Part shown: positions 56,546 through 64,000 of the stretch, piece by piece
How the letters are laid out: each line of letters begins with the position of its first letter
How positions within the stretch are numbered: position 1 is the first letter of the stretch
Source: Octopus vulgaris
Taxonomy: Eukaryota
Assembly (NCBI GenBank): GCA_951406725.2
Contig: OX597824.1
Location: 17,236,001-17,300,000 of the forward strand
Length of the DNA stretch: 64,000 nucleotides
Direction of reading: 5' to 3'
The notes under the pieces: generated by a model
The model's database searches: none
The model's input: the letters and a program-made list of their open reading frames with translations, nothing else
Told to the model about the DNA's origin: nothing
Program-made: the position numbers and the translations under genes

Positions 56546-57202
56546 ATATCTTAATTTGCCTCTGAGTGTGTGTATGTGTGTGTGTGTGCGTGTGTGCGCG
56601 TGCACCGAAGTGCATCCTAATTAATTTAGGTGTTTGTATGAGCACCAGTCCGACATAGACCACGATCACTTCGTTTTCCATTATGTCATTTCCTTAAAAA
56701 AAAATTTCTAGGTGTGTATATATATATATATATATATCGAAATATATATGTGTGTATGTGTATGTGTATGTGTCTGTGTAAGTGTATGTGTGTGAGTGAG
56801 TGTGTGTATGTGTGTATTTGTGTGTGTAAATAAATTCATTCTATGGTTGGAATTTTTCATGACTGAGCAATTAAATTTTCTGAGAGTTAAAAATTTAGGG
56901 GATATACCAGGAGGATTGGAACAGAGAGAAAAGGAAAAACAGAGCAAGAGAGAGAGAGAAAGAGAGAGAGAGAAAGACAGACAGAGACATTGAGAGTGAG
57001 AGAGAGAGAGAGAAAGGAATAGTATGTGAGAGGGAGTGAGAAAGGGAGAGATAGGAAGAAAGTAAGAAAGAGAGAATCGGATGAAGAGTGAGAGAGAAAG
57101 TGAAGGAGATTTCATGTATGATTCAATGTCACTGGGTTTTCCATACCGCAATGGGCACGCAGATGTGCACTCACACATACACAGTCATAATACATATATG
57201 TT

Positions 57203-57246
<44 letters not shown>

Positions 57247-57291
57247 TACATATACATATATATATATATATATATACACATCTATATATAA

Positions 57292-57755
<464 letters not shown>

Positions 57756-57767
57756 ATGCACAAACGC

Positions 57768-57828
<61 letters not shown>

Positions 57829-58004
57829 TCACTCTCTCTATATATATGTATATGTCTATATATATTGTATATACACTTTACATTGGACAATCACACACAC
57901 TCATATATATATATATGCCTATATATTATGTATGCTCTTGTTTGTAGATGTATATATATATATACACATACACATATATATATATATACATATGTATATA
58001 TACA

Positions 58005-58048
<44 letters not shown>

Positions 58049-58068
58049 CATGCATACATATAATATAC

Positions 58069-58123
<55 letters not shown>

Positions 58124-58804
58124 CAGACAGAGATACATAGATAGGTAGATATATTTCCTAGATGATGTATGTGCAATATAAATATCTATGCAGAAATATA
58201 TATCTTCATACCTCTATTTCCCTCTGTCAATGTCTCTATACATCCAAATCCGACAGTACACACACACACACACATATGTATACATACTTATATATACCTG
58301 TGCGTGTAGGGAGTGACCTTTTTACGTGTGCCTGTGCGTATGCAATCACAAGTACATTTCCTTATACATGTCAAAAATCCCTACATGCCATTCATACTCA
58401 CGTTTCTACTGCGCACGCATAAACGCATTTCTTTCACGTTCTCTCTCTGGTATAAGAGACAGAGCTATGGCTACTTCTATCTCGCTTGCCTCACCTATAT
58501 TTTCACACGTGACACATGCACCAGTACAGATACCTGTTATTACGATCACGTACGCACTCTTATGTATTATACATGCTTGATATTCATACAAAGGAAGAAA
58601 GCATGTCACGCATAGATGCACTTAAAGTTACACATAACACGTATAGACGTCTCAGTTCATCACACACTCGACAGCGAGGTCTCGACCTCGTTGTGGCATC
58701 TCGTCTAGCTAGAAATATCATCCATATCTTAATGTTACACAAGCTGAAAGAAATTATATATATATATGTATATGTACATATATATATATATATGTGTGTG
58801 TGTG

Positions 58805-58900
<96 letters not shown>

Positions 58901-58999
58901 TATGTATGTATATTGATAGAAATGGTAAGACAACAAAAGAATGACAGAGAACTCAATATTATGTGTGTATATATATATATATACACACACACACACATA

Positions 59000-59155
59000 C
59001 GACGGGCTTTTTTCAGTTTCCGTCTACCAAATCCACTCACAAGGCTTTGCTTGGCCCGAGGCTATAGTGGAAGACACCTGCCCAAGGTGCCACGCAGTGG
59101 GACTGAACCCGGAACCATGTAGTTCGTAAGCAAGCTACTTACCACACAGCCACTC
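59000..59155 (-). mobile_element. SINE family A, 5' half
   Basis: cgacgggc...ccgtctaccaaatccactcacaagg...cttaccacacagccactc. Confidence 0.88.
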
Positions 59156-59719
59156 AATCTAGAACTCAGGCAACTAGATCAAGCAAATAGTAATGTACAT
59201 TTAGATAAAATAACCGGGAACTGAGGTGAATCTAAACGCACTAATGTATTAGTAAGAAAAGCTGGTTCAAAGAAAATGTTTAGCTTCGTATAAATACATG
59301 TACACTTATGTAGATTCACGCAGCACTTAAAACAAGAAATACAATAAAATATCAATTTGTGTAGAATTTCATTACTCTTAATTTAAACATGGTTCTTAAC
59401 TGACCACAGAATAGTCGAGAAGCAAATCAGCTTCAAAATCAGCTGCTGCTGTTCACGTAAATGCTGTTCTTCATAACATAGATTTCAAAGAGCCAATGGA
59501 AACAACTTCAGATCCCCGAATGTAATTAGAGGACACGCGTTAAGGCGTTACATGACACATTAATGGAAAATACTTAAGATAAGCAATCATCTACGAAGTG
59601 GTGATAAGACCTCAAGGAGGTAGAATGTACAGGTACGAAGAAAAGGCAGCATTAGAATACGTGTTGTTAAACAGAATTACTTACGCAAGAATGAAGAAAA
59701 GAGTAAAAAGTAGATTCTC

Positions 59720-60977
59720 TAAGAAGTTGGCTGAAAAGTTTATCAGCTGACAATTAAGGAGCGATGCTAAAGCTGAGAAATCTTGCATGTATTAATTTCA
59801 ACCCTTCTTATTAATAACAGCATTGTTTTATTTTTATTTTATTATTTTTTTCAGGTAAAGTAATGAAAGAAATCTCCAAACGTAACTGGTAGTGACTTCT
59901 CTTAAAAATGGACAAAATTTGGGAATGTTGTGTTATCAAGTACCTTTAGAAAGAAGCTATAGCCCCCAAGGACATTCATACTGACATGTTTGCTACATTA
60001 AGGAATGTTGATCCAGCTTTATCAGCACTGCAAAAGTCGGCGGCTTAATTTAGGAGGAGAGGGAGAGTCTTGAAGATGATCCAAGATCTAGACGTCCTGC
60101 AACTGCCACTAGCGAGGAAAGCATTCATCGTGTTCACCACATGCTGATGGACGACGGACGACTAATTATAAATCAAGGAGTCAATGCTATTAGAATATCC
60201 AGTGAGAAAGTTGAGCATATTCTGTACAATGAACTTCGTACGACGAAGGTTTCTGCTTGGTGGGTGCCACGTCTTTTGACACCTCATCAAAAGCGCAGGA
60301 GCTCTTCACACCATGGCAATATCTGCCGTTGTCTGAGACAGGTCCACTTTGATTCCTCGAACGTTTCCTAACCTAGAGGCAAAAACACAAAGAGACAATC
60401 CACGTGGTGGAAAGACCCAGCCTCATCTGCTCCAGAGAAGAGAACGCCAAGATAGTTTCATCTGCATGGAAGGTGCTGGCTTCAGCAGTTGGGGATGCAA
60501 AAGGCATTGTGTTTATTGACTATCTTCAAAAGGGCCACTCCATCAACAGAGAGTACTATGCCAATTTGGTGAGGCAGTTATGAAAGACAATCAAGTGCAA
60601 AGGCCCGGGAAAAATTACGAAAGGGGTCTTGTTTCCTCGGGACAATGCTCCAGCACACAAAACCTTGCTTCAATAGCTTCTGTGCGTAACTGTGGCTTTG
60701 AACGGGTTGATCACCCACCCTGTTCTCTTGAATTGGCCTCATGAAAAGAACAGTTGACTGACTCCAGTTCAGCAGTGATGGTGACGTCATACTTGATGTT
60801 GATGACACTTTAAGCAACAGGATGAAATCCTCTTCACCAATGAGATCCAAACACTGCAACACTTTTGGAAGAAATGTGTTGACCGCAAGGGAGACCATGT
60901 CGAAAGCCTATCCTCATTTCGTGGCACTGCAGGAGATTACATTGGTCAGCCTATCAACTTTTCAAGTGATCTTTGCA
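59720..60977 (+). mobile_element. Near full-length decayed mariner transposon
   Basis: TIR remnants tgaaaagtttatcagctgac / gtcagcctatcaacttttca. From ATG 59908: VIKYL...SLEDDPRSRRP...KVSAWWVPRLLT (WVPHEL-like), WDAKGIVFIDYL, DNAPAH; multiple stops and frameshifts. Confidence 0.92.
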
Positions 60978-61284
60978 TGTGTATAGCGACTGAGTGACTA
61001 GTGTGTTTCGCAGTTTCATATTGTATAACGAATCATTGTGCGTAATTAACTGTTACATGGGAATGTAAATATGTTTGCAAATTGTTTTTGTTACATGTTA
61101 TTCTGTGTTCTGAATACTTTAATTTTAATAAATGTTGCTTACTGCAAGTTATGGGTGATTCTTTTATGACTTCATTGCTTTCAGGCTTAGCTTAAGGTAT
61201 TTTCGTGCCCCACATCACAAAATGCGCCTGAATAAACATTGCCAGACAGCAAATAGAGACTCGGACATTGCTTAGAAAATAATT

Positions 61285-61371
61285 TTCATTTTAACCTCGT
61301 ATAAAGTACGCACTAGGGATTTTGACCTTTAAATTTTGGGCAAAAAATGCGGATTATACTCGAGGATTTAC

Positions 61372-61376
<5 letters not shown>
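61285..61376. mobile_element. Tc1/pogo-like terminal fragment
   Basis: Ends aatgcggattatactcgaggatttacgg-TA, a pogo/Tigger-type terminus running into (TA)n. Confidence 0.5.
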
Positions 61377-61419
<43 letters not shown>

Positions 61420-61569
61420 TAAATATATATATATATATATACACAACTATATATATATATACACCTATATATCTATCTAGCTAACTTTCTCTCTCATTCT
61501 CTCTGTTTCACCCTATCTCTCTATCTCTCTCTTTCTCTCTCTCTCTCACACACAGACACACACAACACA

Positions 61570-61855
61570 ATGGTTAGAGTGTTCGGCTCACAATCAGCTC
61601 ACAAACATTAGGGTGTTGTTTCGATTACCGGACTTAGCTGTGTGCTGAGTTCTTGAGCAAGGCACTCTATTTCACGTTCCTCCACTTCATTCAGCTGTAG
61701 AAATGAATTACGCCGTCACCGCTGTATCGGCCTCTACCGTTCCCTTGGATAACTTCTATGGCGTGGATATATATAAATATTGAACTTCAAATTCCGCCGA
61801 GGTCGACTTTACCTTTCATTCTATAGGGACGATGAAACAAGTACCGGTTGAGTAT
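61570..61855 (+). mobile_element. Diverged family B SINE fragment followed by a family C fragment
   Basis: ttcttgagcaaggcactctatttcacg...cagctgtagaaatg; ttcaaattccgccgaggtcgactttacctttcat. Confidence 0.75.
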
Positions 61856-62643
61856 TTTGAAAAATATGCTAATTATTCTGCCAGGACACCGTATTTCTAT
61901 AGGATATAACATGCATTCATATTCTATAGAAATGTGTGTTGATTTCAGTTATATTCGTAAAGAATATAAATTCCTGTATGTAAAAACAATATGGCTTAGT
62001 TTAATATTTCATGTTGTTGAAGAGTATTGTTCTGTTGATGATTCGCTCTATTAAACAGGAATAATAAGTTTGGGGTTGGTATGACAGGGAAAATACGAAA
62101 ATCAGGAGTCCTTTCAGGTTTTCTGTGTATTTGTATAAGTTTATCTTTCGCATCCATTCTTCACAACGAAATGACAATCACAAAAGGGGAGCCTTTCGAA
62201 GAACCCATTCTGTTGCAGATAGAGTTATCCAGTGTAAAGGTGCCTTAATTCTCCAGCTCGAGGGAAATTGTACGGGAGATTCTGTAAAAAAGAAGAAACA
62301 GAAAGATCATGAGGCTAGAATTCCTTAACACCTACAATAATACGTATGTATATAATTAAATAGGTATTTATATATGTATATATATCTGTTTATGTATGAA
62401 TGTATATATACATATATATATATAAAGGGAAAGTTTACGAAAATAAACCAAAGACGAAGACAGATGGTGTATATATATATGATATATTTATACGTATACA
62501 TATACATATACGTGTATACGTATATGGATATATATATATATGTATATATATATGCATATAAATCTATTCATATACATACGAATGTGAACGTGTACGGGTA
62601 CATATAGGTACCTGGTAACGCGAGCGCACGCACGCACGCAGAC

Positions 62644-62739
<96 letters not shown>

Positions 62740-62905
62740 GATATATATATATATATAAATGAATTCTTTGCGTAATGAGATAAAATATCCAAGGTTATAT
62801 AGATATTAGAGCATTATATATATGAAATGCATCTATAGACAGAGAGACATCCATATAGATATGTATAGCTATGTATAGATATGTATAGACTTTAATATAA
62901 CTGAG

Positions 62906-62966
<61 letters not shown>

Positions 62967-63009
62967 GTAAATATATAGATACATATAAATATATTTATGC
63001 ATGCATACA

Positions 63010-63055
<46 letters not shown>

Positions 63056-63241
63056 GTATGTATGTATAAATATATTTATATGTATCTATATATTTACATA
63101 TATATATTCATAATATTTATAAAAGGATGAATATTACCTGTGTCTATGCTAATAAATATGTGCAGGTGAATGTAAAAGTATATGTACCAACCTATACTTT
63201 TATATTTATATACAAGTATATATAAATATATGTGTACATAC

Positions 63242-63279
<38 letters not shown>

Positions 63280-63308
63280 ATTTATATGCGTATATATGTA
63301 TGTATATA

Positions 63309-63357
<49 letters not shown>

Positions 63358-63471
63358 GTATATAAATATAAATATATGTTCACACACATATATATATATA
63401 CATATATATGTACATACGTACATATCATATGGGATTATATATGTATATATGCATACATACAGATGTCATAT

Positions 63472-63523
<52 letters not shown>

Positions 63524-63829
63524 GTAGATATGTATATATGCATATATATGTATATATATGTATATACATCTGAGCATACACATGCAACTATACGTATCCA
63601 GGCGTATATATATACTGATATATATGTATATTATCATGAATGATTGTGGAGGTAAAATTTCAACATCTACCCTCCCAGTTCAAATGCTTCCGCAGTTAAA
63701 AGTCTCTCTCGGAACTCCGAGTCATATAAAATATGCTGCATCTTTTTACAACAATAAATAAAATGGAATCTTCCGCCTGAACAGCCAATCAAATGGTAGC
63801 TCTGATCTCAAGACGTTTGCGCTATACTG

Positions 63830-63917
<88 letters not shown>

Positions 63918-63959
63918 AATGTGTGTGTGTGTGTGTGTGTGTTGTGTATATGTATACAC

Positions 63960-64000
<41 letters not shown>

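Noticed and set aside
58671-58712. GC-rich hairpin followed by CTAG, resembling a Helitron 3' end
   Set aside because: CTAG is not followed by T, no 5' TC end is identifiable, and it is single copy in this window.

Overview
This is AT-rich, repeat-saturated eukaryotic DNA, intergenic or intronic. The SINE families and very dense (TA)n/(CA)n/(GATA)n microsatellites resemble an octopod (Octopus-like) genome; this is an inference, not a database match. I see no intact protein-coding gene, and nearly all ORFs in the track are microsatellite or SINE artefacts. Supported content: dozens of tRNA-derived SINE copies (at least four families, with shuffled heads and tails), two decayed mariner transposons, RTE-, CR1/L2-like and R4/Dong-like LINE fragments, and several MITEs. 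The most notable signal is a set of Penelope-like/retrozyme-type repeats carrying hammerhead ribozyme (HHR) motifs. These include minimal dimer-type HHRs (20.2 kb, 30.2/30.6 kb, 32.7/33.1 kb), an extended type I HHR upstream of a decayed GIY-YIG ORF (54.5 kb), and a tRNA-headed HHR element with a 5' inversion. Two dissimilar repeats (24.1 kb +, 20.6 kb -) carry the HHR core segments in the same non-circularly permuted, pseudoknotted order. All folds were derived by eye and need computational and biochemical confirmation.
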